DNA from: Mobula hypostoma
Taxonomy: Eukaryota
Length of the DNA: 64,000 bases
Direction: 5' to 3'
Assembly: GCF_963921235.1 (NCBI RefSeq)
Contig: NC_086108.1
Span: 49,912,001 to 49,976,000 of the forward strand
Positions within the stretch are counted from its first letter, which is position 1. Each line of letters opens with the position of its first letter. This document shows, piece by piece, positions 1 to 12,501 of this stretch. A program made the translations under genes and the position numbers. The notes beneath the pieces are model-generated. The model was given only the letters and a program-made list of their open reading frames with translations, made no database searches and had not been told where the DNA came from.

Positions 1-820
1 TTTGTTGCTATGGCGGGGGGTCTTCTATTTTCCTAACTTTGATTGGCGCCTCCTTAGTGCAAAGGTGTATATGGGGTCAGAATTTGTTAGGTGTGCCCGG
101 TAAGGATTACTGACTCAATATGTGGACAGGCCAACTAGGCGAGAGGCCATATTGGATTTAGTATTAGACAATGAACCAGATCAGATGTCAGATCTCTCAG
201 TGGGAAAGCATTTCAGAGACAGTGACTACAAATCACTAACCTTTACCATAGCCTTGGAGAGGATATGGGAAAGTATTTAATTGGGGAGGGAGACTTGTAA
301 TGCTATTAGGTAGGAACTGGGGAACATAAATTGATTGGGAACAGATGTACACAGGGAAATGCACAACAGAAATGCGGGGGTTGTTTAGGGAGCACTTACT
401 GAGAGTTCTGGATAGGTTTGTCCCAATGAGGCAGGAAAAGGATAGTAGGCTGAAGAAACAATGGTTGACAAGACAATGTGGAACATCTAGTCAAGAAGAA
501 GAAAGCAGCTTAAGAAGCAAGGGCTAGATAGGGCTCTAGAGAGATACAAGCTAGCCAGGAAGGAGCTGAAGAGCTAGAAGGGGGCATGAGAAGATCTTGG
601 TGAGTAGGATTAAGGAAAGTCCCAAGGTGTTCTACACATACATGAAGAACAGGAGGAAAGCCAGAGAGAGAATAGGGCTGATTAGAAAATAGAGGAAGCA
701 TGCAATCAGAGTCAGTAGGGTGAGATCCTTAATGAATACTTTGCTTCAGTAGTCACCAGTGAGAGAGACTTTGATGTTCGTGAGGACAGTGCAAACTGGC
801 TGAAATACTTAAACAGCATC
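1..820 (+). mobile_element. Decayed CR1 LINE ORF2 fragment (end of APE endonuclease and linker)
   Basis: Broken translation YVDRPTRREAILDLVLDNEPDQMSDLSVGKHFRDSD; homologous to the CR1 at 60700-61500 of this window. Confidence 0.85.
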
Positions 821-1850
821 CTGATGTTTGAGGGGGAAAGGGGGACCTTCCTCGACAGTATGTTGTTCCATGTACCAAACCATAAGTAAAAGAGACGTCG
901 CTGTTGTTGATGCGTAGGGTGGATTTGTATTTCATTACGGTCTGAATATCCACCACATGTGCCCCGTGTCTCTACTCTCATAGTAATGGCTGTATATTCT
1001 CTGCGAATAATCTTGTTTTGTCTTCCTGATGGTGCCAGAAAGCGCATCTCTTGCTGACCTGAGAGCTGTGTTATTGCCCAATCTGATAGCAGTAACCCGA
1101 TGTTTCAGCCATGCCCGGGCCTCGGCTGCCAGCCATGGCTTCTGATTTGCCCTCACGAAGATGCATCTAATAATGGTGATGTCCTCAAGGCACTTCTCTA
1201 TATAGCCAGTCACAGATCCTGCATATTCACCAGTGTTAATACGATGGTTACAGGTAGCTGCCTTCCCACGCTCCTGTGCATGTTTTCAAAACAGTCCCGC
1301 AATACTGCAGTTGCTCCTTCTGGCCAGGGAGTTGGTACAAACTAGGTCTAATGTGTTCTCACCTATGGTAGCAAAGTCCACATTCTGATAGGATTTAGGT
1401 GGGACTGTTTTTTTAAGTTTGCATGGTTGAAGTTGCCAGCAACAATTATAAAACCACTGAAGTATGTGACGTGGAGGATACTGATGGCATCGTATGGCCC
1501 AATGTGCTTCCCCAGCATTAGCCCATGGGGGGGGGGGTGGTATAGACAGCCACAATCACAACAGCATTGAACTCCCTCCGTAAATAGAAAGGCCTGAAGC
1601 TCACTGTTAAAAACTCTACCAGAGGCGAACACTACCGAGGCGCTCACACACCAGTTCTTTTTAACGTAGATACATTAACCTCCCTGCAGGTCACGGGATT
1701 TCTGTCTGCCCAAAAGCTGATGGAACCCTCTAGATGGCCGCTTTAGGGATGGTTTCCTGGAGCCTTGTTTCTGTCAGAATGCTTCATCACTCGGCGATTC
1801 AGTTACAGACACAGATAATCTGGTTTATTTTCCAGTAATTTTTGTGTAGT
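821..1850 (-). mobile_element. Decayed Rex1/Babar-like LINE fragment (endonuclease and linker)
   Basis: ORF-track peptides IIVAGNFNHANLKK, DFATIGENTLDLVCTN, NQKPWLAAEARAWLKHR; frameshifted. Confidence 0.75.
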
Positions 1851-1851
1851 A

Positions 1852-1985
1852 GGAGAATTAAGGGTTATGGAGAAAGGGCAGGTAGGCGGAAATGAGCCAT
1901 ATCAGCCATGATCTTATTGAATAGCAGAGCAGGCTGGACTGGCCAGATGGCCAACTCCTGCTCATATTTCTTAGACTTTTATGTA
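1852..1985 (+). mobile_element. CR1-type 3' tail fragment
   Basis: gggttatggagaaagggcagg...atcagccatgatcttattgaatagcagagcagg...actcctgctcatatttctt, similar to CR1 3' ends at 6400-6530 and 16830-16960. Confidence 0.7.
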
Positions 1986-1989
1986 ATCA

Positions 1990-4122
1990 AACACTGGAGA
2001 AGCATAGTCTGATGAGGGGTGGTCAGTATGGCTTTGTGAGGGACAGGTCACGCCTGATGAGCCTGACTAAATTCTTTGAGAATGTGACAAAGCACATTGA
2101 TGAAGGTAGAACAGTGGACGTGGTATTCACGGATTTTATTAATGTGTTTTATAGGAATTCCTCATGGCCGGCTCATTCAGAAAGTCAGGAGGCATGGGAT
2201 CCAGGGAAACTAGGCTGTGCGGATACAGAATTGGGTTGCCTATAGAAGACAGAAGGTGGTAGTGGGTGGTGCATGGTCTGCCCGGAGGCCAGTGACCAGT
2301 GGTGTTCTACAGAGATCTGTTCTGAGACCCCTGCTCTTTGTGAAGTTTATAAATAATTTGGATGAGGAAGTGGAAGTATGGGTTAATAAGTTTGCAGATG
2401 ATACAAAGATCAGTGGAATTGTGGATAGTGTGGAGTGTTGCTGTAGGTTGCAATGAGACATTGGCAGGATGCCGAGCAATGTTCCCTCTAATTTTTAGTA
2501 GTCAGTCTGTGCAAAAATCTTACGTTGTGCAATTTTTTTTCCTGTGACAGAAGTATGTGCGCACTGAATGCACACATGGCACAGTTTATGTAGGTTTACA
2601 AAATACTTGACATAAAACTGCACAGAATAACAACAAAATAACATACATATTTAAGTCACTCAGTTATTTTTTCTTTCTCCTGTCTTTGGTATTTACCCAT
2701 TCTTTGTAAACTCTATCTATTCTAGACTAACAGAACTTCCATCCAATTGATAGCTTTTGATTCTCATTAACATATCCAAATGACATTCACCTAAATGGAT
2801 TCTCAGCTTGTTTTTGAGTTGACTCATTAGGCTAAAATATAGCTGAAAGTTCATGACCTCATGAGCTTTTGGTGTAGCAGTTTCTACTATTTTGTTAAGC
2901 CATTCAACTTTAAACAAATTTTGCAGTTCTTTTGCGCTTCATGCCCTTCGCTTCTTTTGAATTCGACATAGTTAATCAATATTTTTTCAATAAAAACTTA
3001 GTAAGCTATCTACAGGATTTGAAACAGATCTTTGTAAACTTTATGATATGAACACTGTCCGCCAAAGATGGCTGCCGTCGTGATGCAGCTGCACAAACCG
3101 GAACAGGAAAGGCGAGGTGACATACATTAGTGACGTGCATTGTGGTATTTGAAAAACCAACTAGTTAACAGAAACATTTAGCTAAAAGATTATTTTCAAT
3201 AAGTATAATTATTAATTACTACATTATTTTAGGTAACTAACCTTTTGTGGGCACATTAATTTCCTTTGTGTGCCAGTTGAAAAATATGTGCATGCACACA
3301 CGCGCACAGCTTAGAGGGAACATAGACTGAGAAGTGGCAGACGGAGTTCAACATGAAAAAGTAGGAAGTGATTCATTTTGGAAAGTCAAATTTGAAGGCA
3401 GAATACAAGGTAAATGGCAGGATTATTGGCAGAGTGGAGAAATAGAGGGATCTTAGGTTCTATGTCTATAGGTCCTTCAAAGTTGCCACACAAATTGATG
3501 GTGTTGTTAAAAAGGTGTATTGTGTGTTGGCCTTCATTAATTGGGGGACTGAGTTCAAGAGCTGTAACATAATGTTGCAGTCTATAAAACCCAGGTTAGA
3601 CCACTCTTGGAATATTGTGTTCAGTTCTGGTTGCCTCATTATAGGAAGGATGTGGAAGCTTAAGAGAAGGTACAGAGCAGGTTTACGTGGAGTTGTCTGA
3701 ACTAGAGGGCATGTCTTGAGAGGATACGCTAAAAGAGTTTGGGCTTTTTTCTCTGCAGTGGAGAACAAAAGGTGACTTGATAGAGGTGTACAAGATGATA
3801 AGAGGCATTGACAGAATAATCAGATTTTTTCCCCCAGGGTATAAATGACATTATTTTAAGATGATTGGAGGAAAGTGTCGGGGGGGTGTCAGAGGTAAGT
3901 TCTTTACACAGAGTGTGGGTGCATGGAATCCCCTGCCAGGGGTACTGGTAGAGGCAGATGCATTAGGTGCATTTAAGAAACTCTTAGATAAGCACGTGGA
4001 TGATACAAAAATGGGGAATTATGTAGGAGGGAAGGGTTAGATTCATCTTGGAGTCAGTTAAAGGGTTGGCACAACATTGTGAGCCTAAGGGATTGTACTG
4101 TGCCATTATGTTCTATGTTTAA
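1990..4122 (+). mobile_element. CR1 LINE RT and 3' end, split by a hAT insertion at 2477-3325
   Basis: QYGFVRDRSRLMSLTKFFENVTKHIDEG, SGVLQRSVLRPLLF, KFADDTK; RT sequence resumes at 3326; ends in ttatgttctatgtt tail. Confidence 0.9.
2477..3325 (-). mobile_element. Non-autonomous hAT DNA transposon
   Basis: TIRs caatgttccctctaa (2477) and ttagagggaacatag (ends 3325), 14/15 match; internal FSLMSQLKNKLRIHLGECHLDMLMRIKSY resembles the hAT C-terminal dimerisation domain. Confidence 0.8.
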
Positions 4123-4164
4123 TGATAATATATTTATCAGTACCGTATGACAGCCTAAAAAGGC

Positions 4165-4415
4165 TGCCCTCTATTTATGTCATTACATTACTGGGATATC
4201 CCAAAACTTTTAACAATGAGTTACATTTATTCAATCATTCTTGGTGAGTAGGTAAGTATAGCAGCCAATTTGTGGACCTCAAGGTATTACAAACAGAAGA
4301 TAAAATGAGCAAATAATCTGATATTCTGGTGCTATCATTTTCAAAAGGAATGCTGACCAGGATATTCAGAAATCACTCTGCACATAAGCAACATGAGATC
4401 TTTTACATCCATTGG
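4165..4415 (-). mobile_element. Ancient SINE relic, possibly DeuSINE (SacSINE1/AmnSINE1-like)
   Basis: Collinear blocks tcccaaa, gcagccaatttgtg, caaacag, aataatctg, catgagatcttttacatcc resemble the recalled Deu-domain consensus; very diverged. Confidence 0.45.
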
Positions 4416-4869
4416 CACTGAAACTTTCGAAAATGTGTAGAACATTTTAAAGCCTTGGAAAGCTTTAAGGAACTATTAATTAAATACAGAGAAGGAAGTT
4501 ACTTTTGCTGATCTATCAGAACATAATACCAAAAATTCACATTCCATTTGTTAGTTGAGGGAAATGCACTCAAGATTGCTTGTCTGAAAATTCTACTTTC
4601 ACACATGACTTGATTGGATCAAAGTTGATAATGCTTTCAATGGAGTTTGATACAGCATGAATGTTGACAGGCTGCTTTGCCACAGTACTGACTCTGGCAA
4701 GGCACAAAACCAAAGCAACAATGAAGCATGTTGCAACTGTTCAGATCTCTGCATATAAATACATGAATAGAATAGTAAATAGTCTGTGTTTCTATTGCAC
4801 CTTTCACAAACTCAAGATAACCCCAAGTATTCTACAGCTAATGAAATACACACAGAAAAGGCATTGTTT

Positions 4870-5810
4870 TACTATTGTCATGTGTACCAAGATGCAGAGA
4901 AAGTATTTTTGCAAGTCATCCATACAGATCATTTCAAAATATATTTCTATCCAGATGGTACAAGAGAGAGTAGGAATGCAGAACATGGTGTTACAATTAT
5001 AGAGAAAGTGCAGAGCAGGTAGGTGATAAGGGTGATGACAAGGCAGATTTAAGAGATCAGGAATTCATCTTTAATGTTCAAGAGTCTTATAACAGCAGGA
5101 TGGAAGCCTACTGCTGTGTGTTCTCCAGCTTTGTATCTTCTGCCTGATGGGGGTGGGAGTGGTGTGGTGAAGAGAGAATGTCCGGGAAGAGTGGGGTCTT
5201 TGAATATATTAGTAATTTTTCAGAAGTGAGAAGTGTATACAAAGCTGGGAAGTGTGGATAGTTTTCTAATGAACTCTCTCTCTCTCTGTAATTTCTTGTG
5301 GTCTTTGGCAGAGCGGTTGCCATACCAAGCTGTGGTGCATCTGGATAGGATGCTTTCTGTAGTGAGAGTCAACAGGGACATGCTGAATTTCCTTAGCATT
5401 CTGAAGAAGCAGAGACGCTGGAGTGTTTTCATGGCCATTGCACCTATTTGGCTGGACGTGGACAAGCTACTGGTGAACTTTACACCTAGGAACTTGAAGC
5501 TCTAATCATCTTCACCTCAGCATTGATAGTGACATGTGCTCTACCCCACTTCCTGAATTTCATTTTGCTGATGCTGAGGGAAAGGCTGTTGTCATAACAC
5601 CATACTGATAGGCTCTTTGTCTCCTTCCTGGACTCCATCACATCATTATTTGAGATCTGGCCCACAATGATAGTGTGACCTGTGAATTTGTAGATGGTGT
5701 TTGAGCAGAATCTGGCCAAGCAGTTGTGAGCCTGCAGGGGGTAAAATAAGGGGCTAAGAACACAGCCTTAGGGGACATCACTATGGAAGATGATTCTTCT
5801 ATAATGATGC
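4870..5810 (-). mobile_element. Rex1/Babar-like LINE 3' fragment (RT end and 3' UTR)
   Basis: QRLCFFRMLRKFSMS...ESILSRCTTAWYGNRSAKDHKKLQR and ARFCSNTIYKFTGHTIIVGQISNND. Confidence 0.8.
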
Positions 5811-6532
5811 TTGGGAGTTGGGACTTGAGAGTCATGTAGGATTTCCTAAAGGTTAACTTGCATATTGAGTTGGTGGTGAGGAAGGCATATGCAATGTTAG
5901 CATTCATTTCCAGAGGATTAGATAATAAAAGCAAGAATGTAATGTTGATGCTTTATAAGGCACTGGTGAGGCCTCACTTGAAGTATTGAGAGCCGTTTTG
6001 GACCTCTTATCTAAAAAAGGATATGTTGACATTGGAGAGGTTTCCAAGAAGGTTCACAAAAATGATTCTAGAATTGAAATGCTTAAGATATGAGGAGTGT
6101 TAGATGGCTCTGGCTCTGTACTCACTGGAATTTAAAAGAATGGGGATGGGAGTTCTCATTGAAATCTTTTGAATGTTGAAAGGCTTAGATAGAGCGGATG
6201 TGGTGAGGATGTTTCCTATAGTGGGGGGGGGGTCTAGTACCAGAGGGCAAAATCTCAGAAAAGGGGGACATCCATTTAGAATGGAGATGAAGGAATTTCT
6301 TTAACTAGGTGGTGAATTTGTGGAACTTGTTTCCACAGGTGGCTGTGAGGACAGGTCATTGAGTGTATTTACGGTGGAGGTTGATGGATTCTTGCTAAGT
6401 TAGTGTGAAAGGTTACGGTGAGAAGGCAGGAGAATAGGGCTGAGAGGGAAATGGATCAGCCACAATCAAACAGTGGAGCAGATTCGATGGACCAAATGGC
6501 CTAATTCTGCTCAAATGTCTTATGGTCTTATA
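5811..6532 (+). mobile_element. CR1 LINE 3' fragment
   Basis: LYKALVRPHLKY-like sequence at ~5950 and tail tcttatggtcttat. Confidence 0.85.
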
Positions 6533-7694
6533 GTTTTTATAATTGTGGTAGAGGTGTTGCTATCTAGCCTTACTGATTGTGGTGTGTTGGTCAAATCACA
6601 TTTCAAGTGTATTTCTTCTATATTCACATTTTTTTCTTGCCTTTAGCAATGTTTATAGCCCAGACCAACAGAAGGAACCAGTGCACTAACCTCTAAAGCG
6701 ACTTTTCCTTATTTTCAGCTCCTTGAGTGCAATGAAATGGCCTTACTTCCAAACATTACTTGGACCAGCTCTAATGTGTACTACTTCTCTTGGGTGGTCA
6801 AATTTGTTTTATTTGTTGAAATGCTATGATTTTTCTACCTTACACCAAAAGTGCTATTCACTGTGAATTACTGAGAGATCACGAGGAAGATGTCAGTATG
6901 CTGCCAAGCCCAATATGTGGACTGATCTTATAATGTTTGCACAATACATTATGATTATGATTATGGTAAATGTTTACAGGCCCTTATTATTTTCATAGTA
7001 ATCTAATTATTTGTTCAAGAAAGCTCACAAAGAAACAATGGAAATTTGTTCGAAGATTTCATGGATAAAATGCTGTTGCAACTTTTCAAAGCTCCTTTGT
7101 GTTCAGAGTTGGGTCCAACTCAAAGGATTCTCACAAAATTAGTACTGAATCATTACTCAACATGCTTGCCAAATTAATGAGTTGTAATTATCAGTGGCTT
7201 CAATCCATTATTTTCTCAGACACTGTACTACTTTCTGCTTCAGTTGTCTAAGTCTATTCTGAATTTAGAATTCTTCCTTGCTTCACACAAAACAAACAAA
7301 GTCTAGTTAATAATCAGGGTAAAATAACAAGTTAATTAACTCCATTACCGGTGATGTGGATTAAATTACTACCTAACAAAATGGACACCATAGAAGGCAG
7401 CTAAGTGTAAATAGTTTGCTGTCATTTGTTTTATATATACTGTATGTCCATGAAATCACTGAGAAATCAATCAAGTTCTTACAGTATGGTATCAAACCTC
7501 TAACAAATCAAGTCTTCCTATAATTTTATTTTCATTTTAATGGATCAATACATGATGGAGACTCTAACAGCAACCTGTTAATCATAAGACATTTGATCAT
7601 CTGCCTTAATTAGGAAGAAACCTGTTTCTCATTTCAAATTACTCACTGTCATGAAATCTGCAATCTGAAAAGGACCAGAACTAAAAAAAATCAA

Positions 7695-7820
7695 GTTCTA
7701 ATGAAAGACCATGACCCAATATGTTAGCTGTTTTCCCTTCTCCAGAGATGCCATCTAACCTGTTGATATTTTCTAGTATTTTCTGCTTTGATTTCCAGTA
7801 TATGCAGTATTTTTGATTTT
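7695..7820 (+). mobile_element. Old Penelope-type terminal repeat relic
   Basis: ctaatgaaagaccatgacccaatatgtt...agatgcc...gatttccagtatatgcag, collinear with 10111-10240. Confidence 0.5.
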
Positions 7821-8339
7821 CAATTATTGAAAATAACCAGTCATATAAGACCAATAACTCAGTAGTTTTATTATCTACCTTTTCTTTTTCCTCTATATTT
7901 TGAATATGAGTTGTAATATTTCTTCTAATGGTTGGAATCTTGTTCATTGTTGCCAATAGAGGCAAATTATTTCAGACAGGCAGTTTACCCAATGGACACT
8001 ATGTAGGAAATGTGCCTGTGTTTGTGTCTTTCCAGCAATGCCAAATGTTTTCCGAATTTCATTTGTATCAACAGAAAATAATTGCAAAATTGTGCAAGTC
8101 AGAGAGAAAAAAAAAAACAAGCTTCTGAAACCCAAGAAATATCAAGCCTGGTAGAATATTATTCTTTAAGGGCCAATTTATTTTCATTAATTCATCATTC
8201 ATGTTTGCAAATCCACAGTAGCAATATTTTTCATTCATTTTTTGAAGTGCAATATTCAGTTCATAAATAATCACTTCAAAATGAAAAAAGATACAAATCC
8301 AAACTCAATTAGAATAAGCATCTCAATAAAAGATTATGA

Positions 8340-8430
8340 TGCTGAAATTGAGAAATAGAAACAGGAAATTCTGGAAAAATTCAGTAGGAAAGACATTTGT
8401 GGAAAGAGAAATTGTTGACATTTCTGGTCT
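8340..8430 (-). mobile_element. Old Penelope-type terminal repeat relic
   Basis: tgctgaaa...ctggaaaaattcag...gttgacatttc, weakly collinear with 9487-9555. Confidence 0.35.
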
Positions 8431-9486
8431 GTTCTATCTCTGCTACAGTACTGACAACCATTTGTCAGAATACTGAAAATTCTAGCTCCAATGTTGATAT
8501 CTCTAAATAAATGCGATTTGAGGATACCTGTAAGGTAGGGATCAATTTTGTGGGCAAGATTTGCATGTGAAAGACAACTGTACCCTGGGTGTGTTGTGCT
8601 TAATTGTTTTACCTCACTAAAATTACAGATTACAAATTCTTAAAGATAAATGTTTGTGCACCTCTATCAAAGATTTTCATAGCACAAATGCGGAGGCACT
8701 TCAAGCCAGTGTGTACGTAAAGGAAAACCAGCAGCAGTTGACATTTTGATTTCTTCAGATCCTTGCAACAATAGCACACGCATATTGAATTATTCCATTC
8801 AGTGTATCAGAATTATTTTAAACCACAACCTAGATGATATTCCTTCTGCAATACATCCTGTTTCTCTGCCCTCCCACATCTAACATTTCAAATTATGAAA
8901 GCTGGACAAACAATTCTACCACTGAAGGAAACTATAGAAGAAAAGGGAGATAGAGGGGAATTGCTGTCAATGTAGGAAGGTGCTCCTTTTTTAAATCAAA
9001 GAATGAATAGATTTAGTTTTCTTCCAAATTCTAATAGCAATGATATTCAGTTGTCGTGCTTTGGTAATTTTCAACAAAACATTTTCCATTAACACGTGGT
9101 CTATTTAATCCAATTAATCAAATTAGCTAAAGCAGGTCTCTTTCAAAGAATCTTAGTTGTCTAAAATGCAATGAAGTAATAGTTAGTGGTATCACATCCA
9201 ATCATGAACTTGTAATCTGTTTTCCCAGGCTCTGTACTTAAACCTGCATTTACTATTGTGATAAAAACAAACTTAACAAAAATTCATAAAATTAAAATGT
9301 TGGCAGAAGGTAACTTCTCGAGAATTGTGCAAACCACAAAATTCCAGTGTTTTGTGCCAGCCTGTTCTATAACAAATTTTGTCTGAAGAAGGCACAGCTT
9401 TGTAGGCTGAAGGACCTGTATTGTGTTGAACGTTTCCTATGTTAAGAACAAAAAGAACTGCAAACAACAAGAAATATATTATCATA

Positions 9487-10247
9487 CACAAAGTGCTGGA
9501 GGAACTGAGCAGGCCAGGTAACATCTATGGGGAAAAAAGTACAGTCGACGTTTCGGGCCGGAACCCTTCGGTAGACTGAAGAAAAAAAGTTGAGGAGTAG
9601 ATTCGTAAAGTGAGGGTATGGGAAAGAGAAACGCCAGGCGATAAGTGATACTTGGAGGGGGAGGGATGAAGCAAAGCGCTAGGAAGTTGATTGGTGGAAG
9701 AGATAGAAGGCCATGGAAGGAAGACGGGGGGGGGGTTGGAGGAGCGCCGGAGGGAGGCGATGGGTGGGCAAGGAGATAACACGAGAGGGGGACAAGGGGA
9801 TGGGAAATGGTGAATGGGGGGGGGACATTACTGGAAGTTTGAGAGTTCGATGTGCATGCCACCAGGTTGGAGGCTACCCTAACAGAATAGAAGGTGTTGT
9901 TCCTCCAATCCAAGTGTGGCCTTATCCCGACAGCGGAGGGGGCCAAGAATGGACATATCGGAATGGAAATGGGAAGTGGAATTAAGATGGGTGGCCACCG
10001 GGAGATCCCGCTTGTTCTGACGGACGGAGCGTAGATGCTCGGCGAAGCGGTCTCCCAACTTACGTCGGGTCTCACCGTTATACAGGAGGCCAAACCGGGA
10101 GCACCGAACACAATCCTGCCGAAGGGTTTCGGCCCAAAACGTCAACTGTACTTTTTCCCATAGAAGCTGCCTGGCCTGCTGAGTTCCTCCAGCATTTTGT
10201 GTGTGTTGCTCAGATTTCCAGCATCTGCAGATTTTCTCTTGTCTGTG
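9487..10247. mobile_element. Young Penelope-like element insertion: minus-strand GIY-YIG fragment (9487-10110) fused to an inverted terminal repeat (10111-10247)
   Basis: GLLYNGETRRKLGDRFAEHLRSVR...EEQHLLFC; ~90 bp inverted arms; perfect 14-bp direct repeat aatatattatcata at 9473-9486 and 10248-10261. Confidence 0.9.
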
Positions 10248-12191
10248 AATATATTATCATATACTAGTTACAGTACCAACAAGTCTATTCATCCCAGGTT
10301 TATATTAGGACACAACCGTCGAGAGAGACTTCGACGTTAGGCCGCAGGACATGAGAGACAGATCAGTGAATGATATGAATTAGCTCAAGGCTCTGAAATT
10401 CACTTTTCTCGACAAATTGTTACAGTTTTCGGCCCTTTTACCTTTACCACTGCTAAATCATGCTTACTTCTACCTGGCACTGAAAAAATACCAGACCCAG
10501 CTACTCGTAAACAACTTAATTGTAATAACAAATAAATTCTGCATCAATGCACACTTCAGCTCTTGCAGGTACTGTGCCGCACCTCGTCAGCCATTCCATC
10601 TTTCTTTCCTCTTCCTAAGCTTGATCTCAACACTTCTTTCTGCAGCTCGTCCACAGTAATTGAATTGTCGTCGCAGCTCTAGTAGAGATGCAGATGCTCT
10701 TCCCAGATTCAAGATTACCGCTTTCATTGCTCATCAACGAAGTCTACATTATCATCTAATTTCCAAGAAGGTCGTAGCAATAATATGCAAACCATTTTCA
10801 TCGTGGTCATTCTCCCGTCCCCCTACTAGTTTCCAAACTCCTTCCAGCACATTCCTACCCACCATTGCATTGTAATAACTACAAGCCTGTTTCAAAGCAG
10901 CCATTTTTTTTATTTGCTATGGTTCTCCTGAACCAGACTTTTAATGCCCCGCCTCCTCAACATTAAAGGAACCCTGAACACAATATCAGTTTTCGTCTGG
11001 TCTGCGATGTTGCGCAGACACAGCTCTGGAATAATACGACAGAAAAATTGTACACCAAAATGTGCTCTCCTGTGATTTTAGATGGCAGCCAAACAGTTCA
11101 ATTCCCAAGTCAAGAAAGACACTGCTTGGTCGAAGGTAGGAACAGATACATCCAGCACAATGCATTTACAGAAACTGCCTTCAATTTTGACGTCTTACAA
11201 AAGCATAACAAACGACTCTGCAGCCACCGCTATTCAGGTCACTGAGTTAGCGAGTATCTGTGTTGCAACCTGCCAATCCCGCCATTCAGTGGAAATTTCC
11301 ACTTCTCAGGGATATCAAGCGCATCATCTGAATGATCAAGAAGGCTCGTCCGCCTCTCGCATCGCGGTTACTTAGTCCACCGCCGCAACACCGGTATTTA
11401 CAGATGCATTGGCAGCATTCCAGCCGCCGTGTCTAACTTATTTATCTTTGTCTTCAACGGTTCACAATCAAACTTTCGCATTTAACCAAAAAGGGGCAAT
11501 TGCCCCATCATACACATAAAAAAAGCAAAACAAAAAAAACCCTTGATGTTTTCTATCCAGATACGAACTGAAAGTAATGAGCGCCAGGTCTAAGCACAGT
11601 CGGGCCCAAGCCCATTCAGCCAAACTGAAGAGATTATAAACAATCAAGTTTGGAGGTCGCCCTCCTCCACAGACAGAACTGTTCGACAACTGCAGCGGTC
11701 ACGGGCCTGCTCACTGCGGCCCCATCCAACCTTGTGCCTTTACCCGTTTCGCAGCACTTGGAGCCCCGGGCGGAGCGACTGCTCAAAATAATAAAATTTC
11801 ACAACAGATGTGATTGAACACGCACGCAAATAACTTTTCATAAAATAAACCCTGCAAAACACAGAGGGCAAGAATTTGCATCGTTTGCCCATACAGAGTA
11901 TACACTCTTATAATAAATGAATACAAATAAAATAATGAAATGGAAAATACGTCAAACATTGCACAAATTCTTCTGCATAAAAAGACACGTGGATGCTGCT
12001 GCTCTCTCCCTGTTTACGATCGATACATTCTCCTTGGGCGTGAGCAACGTCTCTGACATTTAGCAGAAAAACTAATTAAAAGATGGATATTAATAATATT
12101 TTGACCGCTATGTAAACAGTACAATGCTGAAGTTGGCTTTTTTCCCCCGTCGGACAGAAGTGGGTCGAGCTAGTGTTCGTCGCCCGTATGT

Positions 12192-12219
12192 TTCAGTACC
12201 ACAGCCTTGGACAGCGAAC
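12192..12219 (+). promoter_or_regulatory. Non-canonical (extended spacer) RE1/NRSE-like REST site in NMNAT2 intron 1
   Basis: TTCAGTACC-acagcctt-GGACAGCGAAC versus canonical TTCAGCACC-nn-GGACAGCGCC. Confidence 0.6.
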
Positions 12220-12416
12220 AAAGGAAGGCAGCCGGTCTAAAGGGACTAACTCTTTATAAATAATACTTTAATTGAAATATTATTTCTTTAGACACAACAC
12301 GATATCAATAAATTACTGAGGAATGTGTTAATTCGTCTGGAGCAGCATTCAGAGTCAGAACGTTCCTATAAATAAACACTAGCTGCGATGAAAATGTGAA
12401 GACTGGAAATGCTCAC

Positions 12417-12501
12417 CGAACATCTGAATGTGCCCTTTCGTGATGGGGTTGAAGCTGCCGCATGCCAGCAAGATAACGTGTGTCTTGGTCGGCTCTGCCA
12501 T
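12417..12501 (-). CDS. NMNAT2: Nicotinamide/nicotinic acid mononucleotide adenylyltransferase 2, coding exon 1 (85 nt, phase 1 donor)
   Basis: [28 protein letters not shown]+G then GTGAGC donor; matches recalled human [29 protein letters not shown] including the GSFNPITxxH motif; start context ggcATGG. Confidence 0.96.
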
